59,219 bases of DNA, from the IMG/VR virus record IMGVR_UViG_3300050011_000072, positions 1 through 59,219 of that record, one strand, 5' to 3'. The DNA comes from a virus. Its lineage: Duplodnaviria > Caudoviricetes. A program made the translations under genes and the position numbers. Positions 52,467 to 59,219 of this stretch are shown piece by piece. The notes under the pieces are model-generated. The model was not told where the DNA came from and did no database searches. It worked only from the letters and a program-made list of their open reading frames with translations. Within the stretch, counting starts at the first letter, position 1. The number at the start of each line of letters is the position of its first letter.

Positions 52467-53039
52467 TCAATGTTGCGTGGTGCTATCCAGCGGCAACGCG
52501 CCCTGGATCTTCGTTTCAATCTGGATCCGCTCGCTTTCAAGCAGCGGAATTTCCGTCTGCCGTGCTTTCAGGCCTTTGCCGTGGGATGAACCGAGATCGA
52601 CTGATTTCCGATTTTTGATATCGAACGAATCCATTAACCGCTGATTTTCGTTGCGCTCACGGACCTGATCAACCAGCCAATTGAATGCGGCAATAAAGTT
52701 CAGTTGCCACTCGAATGCCTCTGCACCATCGAATCGCATGGCCAGAAGGGCGAACCCGTCTTTATTCACAAGAAACCCGCGCCGAAGCTTTCCACGCGCA
52801 TCAATATAGCTGTGATCCTTGAACATCTCACCCATAACTTGGATTTTCTGAGATTTAATCAGCCCATTGATGCGGTCGATTGACTTCAAGACGCTATAGT
52901 GCGGGCGATTGAAACGAGCCGCAATCTTGCTCGATGTCGTGTACCCGGCGTCACCATCCAACATGACCAGTTCGCGGTACAGTGCAATCGCACCCTCTTG
53001 GTTAAAAGTCCCGTTTGCGCTACTATTCGTTCTATTCAT
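52467..53039 (-). CDS. Rha family regulatory protein
   Basis: TTSSKIAARFNRPHYSVLKSI, Y.DARG, KDGFALLAMRFDG..A.EW..FI.AFN. Confidence 0.88.
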   Translation of the reverse strand: MNRTNSSANGTFNQEGAIALYRELVMLDGDAGYTTSSKIAARFNRPHYSVLKSIDRINGLIKSQKIQVMGEMFKDHSYIDARGKLRRGFLVNKDGFALLAMRFDGAEAFEWQLNFIAAFNWLVDQVRERNENQRLMDSFDIKNRKSVDLGSSHGKGLKARQTEIPLLESERIQIETKIQGALPLDSTTQH

Positions 53040-53194
53040 TTTCGTATCCCTGTTGCGTTAATGAAAGAAGCCCGGAACAGATTCGCGTCTGTCTGGGCTT
53101 CGTCTTTTGTGCTGCGAAATTCGTCTTAGCCGCATACCGTGCGGCATCCCATCTCAACTATTTGCCCATAGTGGGCGCTCGGGGGTATAAATTC

Positions 53195-53351
53195 GAGAGC
53201 TAATCCGCTACCGGGCACCCTCAGACGGGCGTATTGCCTGGGCAATATCTCCGGGACGGTGCGGCGGCGATCAGGCATTGCCATCATTGCCGTGGACTGC
53301 CACGACCCGTATTTACCGGATATGGTTGCGGAGATCGGCTTTCCGGCTCTC
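53195..53351 (-). ncRNA. Candidate 157-nt structured RNA in the late leader
   Basis: Nested pairings GAGAGC/GCTCTC, TCCGC/GCGGA, ACC/GGT, TCCGG/CCGGA; hairpins CGG-AAAG-CCG, CGTGG-CAGT-CCACG, TATTGCC/GGCAATA. Confidence 0.55.
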
Positions 53352-53357
53352 AAAACT

Positions 53358-53388
53358 GGTGCGCCGAGATGGAATCGAACCACCGACG
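53358..53388 (-). other. tRNA 3'-half-like element (T-arm, acceptor strand, CCA)
   Basis: GTC-GGTGG-TTCGATT-CCATC-TCGGCGC-A-CCA; no recognisable D or anticodon arm upstream. Confidence 0.6.
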
Positions 53389-53465
53389 GAATTTATTCGC
53401 TACTCTGTATCATTGTCGGCTACGGTCCGGTCGCTCCTACGCCAATTTTCCGGGACTACCTACGT

Positions 53466-53491
53466 ACAAAAAGCCGCGCTTAGGCGACTTT
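53466..53491 (-). terminator. Terminator downstream of the putative late promoter (tR'-like)
   Basis: AGTCGC-CTAAGC-GCGGCT followed by TTTT on the minus strand. Confidence 0.55.
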
Positions 53492-53619
53492 AGGGAACTC
53501 CAAATCTATCTGACAAGTGAATTCATGAAATTCTAGAGGCGCGTGTGCGATCACTTGATTTCCGGCGCCGGTCCACCGTCAGGGCCGATCTCTCGGGGCT
53601 ACGGGGAGAATTTTTCAAT

Positions 53620-53648
53620 ATTCTGCGCTGAATGTTTTTATTTGTCAA
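53620..53648 (-). promoter_or_regulatory. Putative late promoter (pR'-like)
   Basis: TTGACA, 17 bp, CAGAAT; heads the whole late operon. Confidence 0.65.
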
Positions 53649-53728
53649 GTTTATTTTTAATGACAGTCTCCCCAAATACAGATGCAATCCAAACAACATG
53701 AAATTTATGCAAATAGCTCAAATAGTTC

Positions 53729-53757
53729 TTGACTCTGTGTACGGTATTGACTATACT
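53729..53757 (+). promoter_or_regulatory. Strong sigma70 promoter of the inverted cassette
   Basis: TTGACT, 17 bp, TATACT. Confidence 0.8.
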
Positions 53758-53794
53758 CTAGTCATACCGAATCACAAACCCAACGGAGAAAATC

Positions 53795-53992
53795 ATGACT
53801 ACTACTCAAACCGCAGTCGACGCATATATCACCAAAATTGGCGCAATCACTGCCAAGCTGGCCGCGCTCACCATGGCCGCAGAATCCCATTTTGATGAAT
53901 CACCCGATGCTATCAATTGGGGCCACGTCGGCACCGTCACGGAAATTGACAACATGCTCGCCGATGTTATGCAATTCGCCGGGGTGCAATAA
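53795..53992 (+). CDS. Small conserved hypothetical protein
   Basis: HF...PDAINWGHVG; GGAG RBS. Confidence 0.75.
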   Translation: MTTTQTAVDAYITKIGAITAKLAALTMAAESHFDESPDAINWGHVGTVTEIDNMLADVMQFAGVQ

Positions 53993-54210
53993 TGGCCGCT
54001 CGCAAACTCCCTAGCAAGCGCACACTGGCAGTTGGCCTGATCCGCGCCGGCATGACGGTCAACGATGCCGCCGCCAGGCTTGGCATCACGCCGAATAATA
54101 TTTACCGCTGCCCGGCGTACAAAGTGCTGCTCGCCGAGCGGCAAAAAATAATCGTTGATTATTTACGCTTGGCTGGCAAGCAGCCCGCGCATGGAGGAAG
54201 TCATGACTGA
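53992..54210 (+). CDS. Small HTH protein
   Basis: GMTVNDAAARLGITPNNIYR. Confidence 0.75.
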   Translation: MAARKLPSKRTLAVGLIRAGMTVNDAAARLGITPNNIYRCPAYKVLLAERQKIIVDYLRLAGKQPAHGGSHD

Positions 54211-54430
54211 GAATCAATTACGCGCAGCACTGAAATACGCATTTCAGCTAGGCCAAACATACTGGCAGCAAGCTGACAGCGAGTCGTACAGTGAAAATAA
54301 AAAGTCGGATAAAACGGCTGAACTGTTTAGACTGTTCGTGGATGACACCGTGGACAATGACTTGAAAACCAGCAAAGCATACGATGCTAAATACTACTAT
54401 GTAAATCGACTATCGGAGCGAGAAGAATGA
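54203..54430 (+). CDS. Hypothetical protein
   Basis: AF.LGQTYWQQADSES; GGAGG RBS. Confidence 0.65.
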   Translation: MTENQLRAALKYAFQLGQTYWQQADSESYSENKKSDKTAELFRLFVDDTVDNDLKTSKAYDAKYYYVNRLSEREE

Positions 54431-54939
54431 AACTACCGCCAGTACCGAATGAATGTGATCGCTCGCCGCAAGCTGGGCCAGCGTATTTTGACTACTCGGA
54501 TATGGATGCCTATGGTCTGCTATGTTACAACGCAGCTATAGCGGAACCATGCCCGTATTGCTTTGCGAATGACAATAAGGTATTTGAGTTGCGCAAGGCG
54601 TTCGAGGCTCTGCGCGACTTGCTGCTTGAGGCTGAATCAGCCGACACAGAAAACGACCAACGGGCGCAACAAGCAGAGGACAAGACAACGATGCTGGCGG
54701 ACAGGGTTGAGTGCCTGCTTAAACAAACCTCACTCGATAGCCACAGAATCGCGGCATGGAAAGAGTGCGCAGAACATCAATACGGCCTGCTTCGCCTTCA
54801 GCGTGGTTTCGACGATTCCGACTACCCGATTGAAGGCGCATTGGATTTATGGGCAGAGGGCAGGCACCCATGCTTAAAACAGCCAGACGATACCGATTAC
54901 ACCCCGAACGATAACTCAACATGGGCACCACGATCATGA
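54427..54939 (+). CDS. Hypothetical protein
   Basis: 170 aa, coupled. Confidence 0.6.
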   Translation: MKLPPVPNECDRSPQAGPAYFDYSDMDAYGLLCYNAAIAEPCPYCFANDNKVFELRKAFEALRDLLLEAESADTENDQRAQQAEDKTTMLADRVECLLKQTSLDSHRIAAWKECAEHQYGLLRLQRGFDDSDYPIEGALDLWAEGRHPCLKQPDDTDYTPNDNSTWAPRS

Positions 54940-55178
54940 AGAAAATATTTACGCAAATTATTAGAGGGTGCGGCGACCTACCTTATGTAGGCGAGCACCC
55001 CGGCACCCCGGTCATGATCCTGGTGATACTTGCCGGAGGTGGCGCAGGAATCAAAGGAGGTATGTCTGGGTTCTTGGCAGGCATAGCCTTTATAACCGTT
55101 TTCATTTTGCCGATTTATCTATACGGCGCATGGGATAGGGCTGAATTGTCTGATGCGCTTACCAAGGAAAACAAATGA
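54936..55178 (+). CDS. Two-TM membrane protein
   Basis: Hydrophobic segments VMILVILAGG and FLAGIAFITVFILPIYLYG. Confidence 0.65.
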   Translation: MKKIFTQIIRGCGDLPYVGEHPGTPVMILVILAGGGAGIKGGMSGFLAGIAFITVFILPIYLYGAWDRAELSDALTKENK

Positions 55179-55570
55179 TTGATGATTCAGACAAATTGAA
55201 GCCATGCCCATCCTGCGGCGGTGATTGTGGCCGCACCAATCTGACGGGCTGCCAATACCAAGGGCGTGCACGTAACATTCTTGCGACTGGCGAAATGGAA
55301 GATATCCGCGCCATTCTAAAAAAATGGGGATATAACACGGTAGAGGCGTGCATCGAATCGTATCTGCTTGGCATCAATCGGAGGCGCAAGGCTAATTTTG
55401 ATTTATCCGACGAATCCATCTCTTTGGCCGTTGGCCTGATCCGCGCCGGCATGACGGTCAATGATGCCGCTGCCCGGCTTGGCATCACTCCCAACAATAT
55501 TTACCGATGCCCGGAGTACAAATTGCTGCTGGCCGAACGGCAACAAATTTTGCTGGAAACGCTGAAATAG
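55175..55570 (+). CDS. Zn-ribbon plus HTH protein
   Basis: LKPCPSCGG; C-terminal copy of the HTH. Confidence 0.65.
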   Translation: MIDDSDKLKPCPSCGGDCGRTNLTGCQYQGRARNILATGEMEDIRAILKKWGYNTVEACIESYLLGINRRRKANFDLSDESISLAVGLIRAGMTVNDAAARLGITPNNIYRCPEYKLLLAERQQILLETLK

Positions 55571-55580
55571 CGGCTATTGC

Positions 55581-56129
55581 TCAAACCACCTCCAGGTCCA
55601 GATGCGCCTCTTTTGCCCGGAAAACGTGACTCGATACCAGCTCCTGCAGGTCAGAAACAAGATCAAGCGTAATCCCGCGCTCATTCGCGGCCATGAGCAA
55701 GTCGGCTATTCCTGTACCTTTGCAGTGATGACAAATGCAGCGGTCAATGTCAACGCCGCGCCCTTCGCATGGGGAGCACCGCTGGTCGAGGAAATACGCA
55801 AGAGACGATTCCCCTACGCGGACATAAAGCGCTTCAGCCCTGACCTGCCCCCGATCATCATGTTCAGCACACCACTTGCGCGCGCGACCTTTCGCCCTAA
55901 CCAATGGGATCCAGAGATGCAGCGCCGCCGGGAAATTCCGGGCGCCGGACTCGAATGCATCGCCTGGCATGCCGTCAGCCGTGGTCATTCTCAATAACAG
56001 CATCCCAAGCGCCGATGTATCCTTGCTCGCCCACCCCGACGCGCCCAGCGGCATGCAGTTTGAATGGAACGCATCGTCGGTCAGGCTAGACGAATTGACC
56101 GACCTCGCGTATGTCTCTGCAAAGCTCAT
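55581..56129 (-). CDS. Antitermination protein Q-like
   Basis: FAETYARSV.SS.L; CSPCEGRG...CHHCKGTG; last gene of the leftward early arm, upstream of the late promoter. Confidence 0.65.
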   Translation of the reverse strand: MSFAETYARSVNSSSLTDDAFHSNCMPLGASGWASKDTSALGMLLLRMTTADGMPGDAFESGARNFPAALHLWIPLVRAKGRARKWCAEHDDRGQVRAEALYVRVGESSLAYFLDQRCSPCEGRGVDIDRCICHHCKGTGIADLLMAANERGITLDLVSDLQELVSSHVFRAKEAHLDLEVV

Positions 56130-56187
56130 TATGCCTCCCTCGGCGATATGACCGTGGCAGCATAGCACACGTTGTCAAGTGCAGCAA

Positions 56188-56496
56188 CTATTCGTTAATC
56201 TCGATCCGCGTCCAGTCTGCGCGCTGAATGACCGTGATTCCAGGTCCCGTATTTTTCCGCATATCGGCTTCAGACGCAAAAAAATTGCCCATCATGATAG
56301 CGCCGCTGGACAATTTAATGACCCATTGCCAAAGCACTTTTGGCGTTTTCTTGGCTCGGTATTCCGACAAGTCAAATTTCCAGTTTGGATGTGAAATTTC
56401 CTTCCATATAGCGCTACTGCCGATTGTCCGCTCTTCAATCGTAGCGCCAGATTCATGCGCCTGCACAACCTCGATAATTTCCTGATTTGTCATCAT
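56188..56496 (-). CDS. Hypothetical protein
   Basis: IEVVQAH..G..IE...P.W.F...EYR.K; GGAG RBS. Confidence 0.7.
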   Translation of the reverse strand: MMTNQEIIEVVQAHESGATIEERTIGSSAIWKEISHPNWKFDLSEYRAKKTPKVLWQWVIKLSSGAIMMGNFFASEADMRKNTGPGITVIQRADWTRIEINE

Positions 56497-56588
56497 TTTT
56501 CTCTCCTTTTGGTTATTCCGGCCGCGCTGGTGCGGCGGCGAGCATTGCCCGATATGCTGATGCATCGCATGCTACCGCATGCTTGCCG

Positions 56589-56849
56589 TCATACTTTTTT
56601 GCGCTGCGCTGCTCTCTGTACCATGTCGCCAGATATTTCAGTTGGCACAAGTTTCCACCCGGCCGGAACCGGCGCACTCTCCGCGCGCTTCAGCCGGTCG
56701 ATGAGTTCGAGGATGGCTTGCGGATTCGCTACGTGTTCAAAAGCACTTCGCGCTATCGAAAACGGAATGTAATTGCTGCCGATCGCCACATTCACATCAA
56801 GCCGGAGATATTCGGCGGCCAGCCGCTCAAGTACTGCTATGTCGATCAT
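56589..56849 (-). CDS. Hypothetical protein (Ead/Ea22-like motifs)
   Basis: ANPQAILELIDRL, VPAGWKLVP.E. Confidence 0.6.
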   Translation of the reverse strand: MIDIAVLERLAAEYLRLDVNVAIGSNYIPFSIARSAFEHVANPQAILELIDRLKRAESAPVPAGWKLVPTEISGDMVQRAAQRKKV

Positions 56850-56982
56850 TTTCCACTCCGTTGATCAAAATCCCAATTTAAAAACGCTATCGCCGCGACA
56901 AGCCACGGGATCGCGGTATGCGGTTCATTTATCATCGTCCATGCGTTGACCAGGCAAACGCAGAATGCTACACGGTAGAATG

Positions 56983-57219
56983 TCATCGTTTCTCCATTCT
57001 GAACAGGTCACATTTACCGCCAAACTGCCGCCCCTTGCCGCAATCATCGACTTTCCCGCGCCGCCGATAATTGCATTCCATGCAGCGCGATTCACTCGCA
57101 AGCCGCGCGCCATCCGCAGGGTCGTGATATGCGGGCGACGGGCAGGCGTGCGATTTTTCCTTGCCGATTCGCGCTAGACGTAGCTGCAGCATCTCTGCGC
57201 GGCTAATATCGTCTGTCAT
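56983..57219 (-). CDS. Small Cys-rich hypothetical protein
   Basis: DPA...CMEC...C...C. Confidence 0.5.
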   Translation of the reverse strand: MTDDISRAEMLQLRLARIGKEKSHACPSPAYHDPADGARLASESRCMECNYRRRGKVDDCGKGRQFGGKCDLFRMEKR

Positions 57220-57383
57220 CTCACCCTCGCAGCGTACTGGGTGACGCAATTCAGCGCATCGCGCACAGTTGACGGCTTCGATCCGATAGCCTTAGCAATC
57301 GTCGTGTAGCCTACCCGGCCAGCGATGTACATCGCCCTGGCGCGCTTTATCTGATCTACGCTCAATGCGCGGCGCCGTGTCAT
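57216..57383 (-). CDS. 55-aa HTH protein (not in ORF track)
   Basis: MTRRRALSVDQIKRARAMYIAGRVGYTTIAKAIGSKPSTVRDALNCVTQYAARVR; ATGA overlaps. Confidence 0.65.
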   Translation of the reverse strand: MTRRRALSVDQIKRARAMYIAGRVGYTTIAKAIGSKPSTVRDALNCVTQYAARVR

Positions 57384-57589
57384 GCCACCCTCCGTCGCTT
57401 CTGTAAATCTGCCCGCACCAATGCGCCAATGCGCCGCAGCTCAGTTCTGTCGACCGCGCGCTGGGAAACCCTCTCTTTCGCGTATTCAGCCGCCCACCAT
57501 TTTGTTTTCGCGCAATCAAATTGCAGGAAATTTGCGAATGCGCGGGATGGCCCCCATGCAGTGCCGACCGGTGCGGTAGAGAATTTCAT
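57380..57589 (-). CDS. Hypothetical protein
   Basis: GGAGG RBS, coupled. Confidence 0.5.
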   Translation of the reverse strand: MKFSTAPVGTAWGPSRAFANFLQFDCAKTKWWAAEYAKERVSQRAVDRTELRRIGALVRADLQKRRRVA

Positions 57590-57792
57590 TTCAATGCCTC
57601 CCCCGCTTTGATTGCCCGCCAGGCATCGGCCCATGCCCACGATTCGCGCATAGCGCAACCAATCCATTTTCGCGAACCGTCGTATATTCGTATTTCATAG
57701 CGCGTTTTGCCTCCGACATATTGGCCTGGCACGGGGACTGCAACGGCAACGGCAGACGGAAAACGCAATTTCACTTTTTCAGAGGATTTCAT
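57586..57792 (-). CDS. Hypothetical protein
   Basis: ESWAWADAW; coupled. Confidence 0.6.
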   Translation of the reverse strand: MKSSEKVKLRFPSAVAVAVPVPGQYVGGKTRYEIRIYDGSRKWIGCAMRESWAWADAWRAIKAGEALK

Positions 57793-58235
57793 GCCGCAAC
57801 CCCTAAAAATTCAGAAATTTCCACGCATGCCCGCGCATAGCATGACGCCGGGATCTTGCCCAAAACCTCATCCAACCGGCTCACAGCGCCCTCCAGCGCC
57901 ATCTGCTCGTATCGGTCAACCGCTACCACGCCTGTACGGTCATGCCGCGTCACAATCGCTTCCACAGCCAAAATTGCCGACTTGATCGAGATCGCGGCCG
58001 GATCGGTTGCGCCGATGATTGCCTCCCCGCCGCGCATGAGCGACATCCCGCCGACGATGCGGGTTAGCTGCAGTGAGAGAAAATTGCAGGCCGGCACCGA
58101 AGGAGATGTGATCAGACCGATTACGCCCATGCGCAGCTTCAGGGCTAATTCGGGATGCGCTTGGCGCGCGGAATGCATATCGACTATCGCCGGTATGCGC
58201 TTGGCGCGCGAGCGGTAGGCTTTTCGCTTGCTCAT
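57789..58235 (-). CDS. Hypothetical protein
   Basis: MSKRKAYR...RHDRTG; coupled. Confidence 0.6.
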   Translation of the reverse strand: MSKRKAYRSRAKRIPAIVDMHSARQAHPELALKLRMGVIGLITSPSVPACNFLSLQLTRIVGGMSLMRGGEAIIGATDPAAISIKSAILAVEAIVTRHDRTGVVAVDRYEQMALEGAVSRLDEVLGKIPASCYARACVEISEFLGVAA

Positions 58236-58441
58236 TTTTTGCTCTGCGCAATGGCGGCGGCACATAGAGGCTGCAAACGCTCTGCCGCGCAGAAGTCGCA
58301 AGGCTCCGCGCGCTGGAGCTTCAGGTCGGCCTCGCACTCTGCGATTGCCGCGCCAAGCGACACCCAAAGATCAGTATCGTGCAACACATGATTCCTGGCA
58401 TTTTTCGCATTCGCAATCAGGACTTTCCAGCAGTTATTCAT
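58232..58441 (-). CDS. Hypothetical protein
   Basis: Coupled ORF. Confidence 0.5.
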   Translation of the reverse strand: MNNCWKVLIANAKNARNHVLHDTDLWVSLGAAIAECEADLKLQRAEPCDFCAAERLQPLCAAAIAQSKK

Positions 58442-58695
58442 TATTTTTCCTCAATGGTAGTTACTGGCCATGCGCCGCGTGAATGCGGTTTTGCCAGACA
58501 GATCATCATCCCTTCATCGCCATCAGGCACCGCTCTCCACCATTGATGCGCCGGCTCTGTAAATTCGATATGCGGATAATCCGCCATGTATGTTTTTGCT
58601 AATTTATTGAAAAGAGCAAGATCATGATGGCCTTTTGAAAATATGGAAACTTGATCGTAATTTACGCAATCAATATCCAATGGATAGATTTTCAT
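58441..58695 (-). CDS. Conserved phage hypothetical protein
   Basis: SKGHHD...P.HQWWRAVP...RGAWPVT. Confidence 0.7.
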   Translation of the reverse strand: MKIYPLDIDCVNYDQVSIFSKGHHDLALFNKLAKTYMADYPHIEFTEPAHQWWRAVPDGDEGMMICLAKPHSRGAWPVTTIEEK

Positions 58696-58858
58696 GGCTT
58701 CCCGCTCTGCGCGATTGCTGCTTTTTCGTCAAGTTGCTCTCGGATAGACGCGCCGCATCAATCTGCATCTCGAAATCAACTTTTAACTCGTTGATGCGCT
58801 GGATGTATTGCGCATGGGTTAATTCGTAAGGTGCCAATTTTGCGTGTTCATTTACCAA
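58670..58858 (-). CDS. Hypothetical protein
   Basis: 62-aa ORF in operon. Confidence 0.5.
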   Translation of the reverse strand: MVNEHAKLAPYELTHAQYIQRINELKVDFEMQIDAARLSESNLTKKQQSRRAGSHENLSIGY

Positions 58859-59058
58859 TTTAATCCCCTATTCGGTTTAACATACGCACCGCGCCCGATA
58901 CACACCGCTGCTACCCGCTTCAAACTTCTCGTAATCATCGCGGTCGCAAAATAGCAATACGGCTCCGGCAGTTGTTTTGCAATCGCAGCCTGACCGAGCG
59001 GTTTATCAGCAGCGTTCAAAACCGCCAGAACTTTTTCGTCTAATTCGCGTTGGCTCAT
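58852..59058 (-). CDS. Small winged-HTH-like protein
   Basis: MSQRELDEKVLAVL...PLGQAAIAKQL; ATG at 59058 preferred over the TTG in the track. Confidence 0.55.
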   Translation of the reverse strand: MSQRELDEKVLAVLNAADKPLGQAAIAKQLPEPYCYFATAMITRSLKRVAAVCIGRGAYVKPNRGLNW

Positions 59059-59201
59059 TTTTCCACCCTCGGCAAATCGTTGAAGTAGCCCCATGGCCTG
59101 GCGGCGAACGTCTGCCGGGATGCGATGCCAATCAACACGCCGCATTGCCACGACTCGCGCTGCATGCTCTGCGTATTGTCGAAAATTCCATGCGGAGTCA
59201 T
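59055..59201 (-). CDS. 48-aa hypothetical protein (not in ORF track)
   Basis: MTPHGIFDNTQSMQRESWQCG...RVEK; stop overlaps the next ATG. Confidence 0.5.
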   Translation of the reverse strand: MTPHGIFDNTQSMQRESWQCGVLIGIASRQTFAARPWGYFNDLPRVEK

Positions 59202-59219
59202 TTTTATTTCTCAATCAAA

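Larger units (their letters stand above)
54026..55543 (+). repeat. Diverged 119-bp direct repeat (54026-54144 and 55425-55543) encoding the same HTH
   Basis: AVGLIRAGMTVNDAAARLGITPNNIYRCP identical in both proteins, with mostly synonymous nucleotide changes. Confidence 0.9.
1..59219. mobile_element. Tailed bacteriophage genome (contractile tail), probably complete and circularly permuted
   Basis: Terminase, portal, capsid, sheath, tube, tape measure, baseplate, lysis, replication and recombination genes are all present. No host housekeeping genes. Both ends lie in the same minus-strand early run. Confidence 0.93.

Noticed and set aside
53290-53357. Theta/HDV-like ribozyme after the tRNA-like CCA
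   Set aside because: I could not build the HDV double-pseudoknot pairings by eye; the element is longer and folds differently
53358-53438. Functional tRNA gene
   Set aside because: No D-arm or anticodon stem-loop can be identified

Overview
The window looks like an essentially complete, circularly permuted genome (about 59.2 kb) of a tailed phage with a contractile tail, probably infecting a Gram-negative proteobacterium (the host is inferred from gene families only). Modules in window order: (1) a leftward early/replication arm with Cro-like regulator, three orphan DNA methyltransferases, NinB/NinG, HNH nucleases, a DUF1376-type initiator with iterons and DnaB, which would continue across the window ends into small genes and a Q-like antiterminator; (2) a rightward arm with a 27-bp-repeat protein, small genes, Bet and an extended YqaJ exonuclease; (3) a long leftward late operon from terminase through portal, capsid, neck, sheath, tube, tape measure, baseplate and fibres to lysis; (4) a short inverted cassette at 53.7-55.6 kb. 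I found no integrase or CI repressor, and the antirepressor appears internally deleted. The most unusual features are: an 8-gene lysis cassette adding a papain-like protease with DUF4214-like repeats, two lipoproteins, a class-3 lipase and a 27-aa amphipathic peptide, with no recognisable Rz/Rz1; a stand-alone biotin-carrier (ECMKM) domain in the head module; a C5 methyltransferase with an intein at its catalytic Cys and a nested alternative-frame EcoHK31I-beta-like subunit; and several strongly structured non-coding segments. All family assignments come from motif recognition by eye, not database searches.
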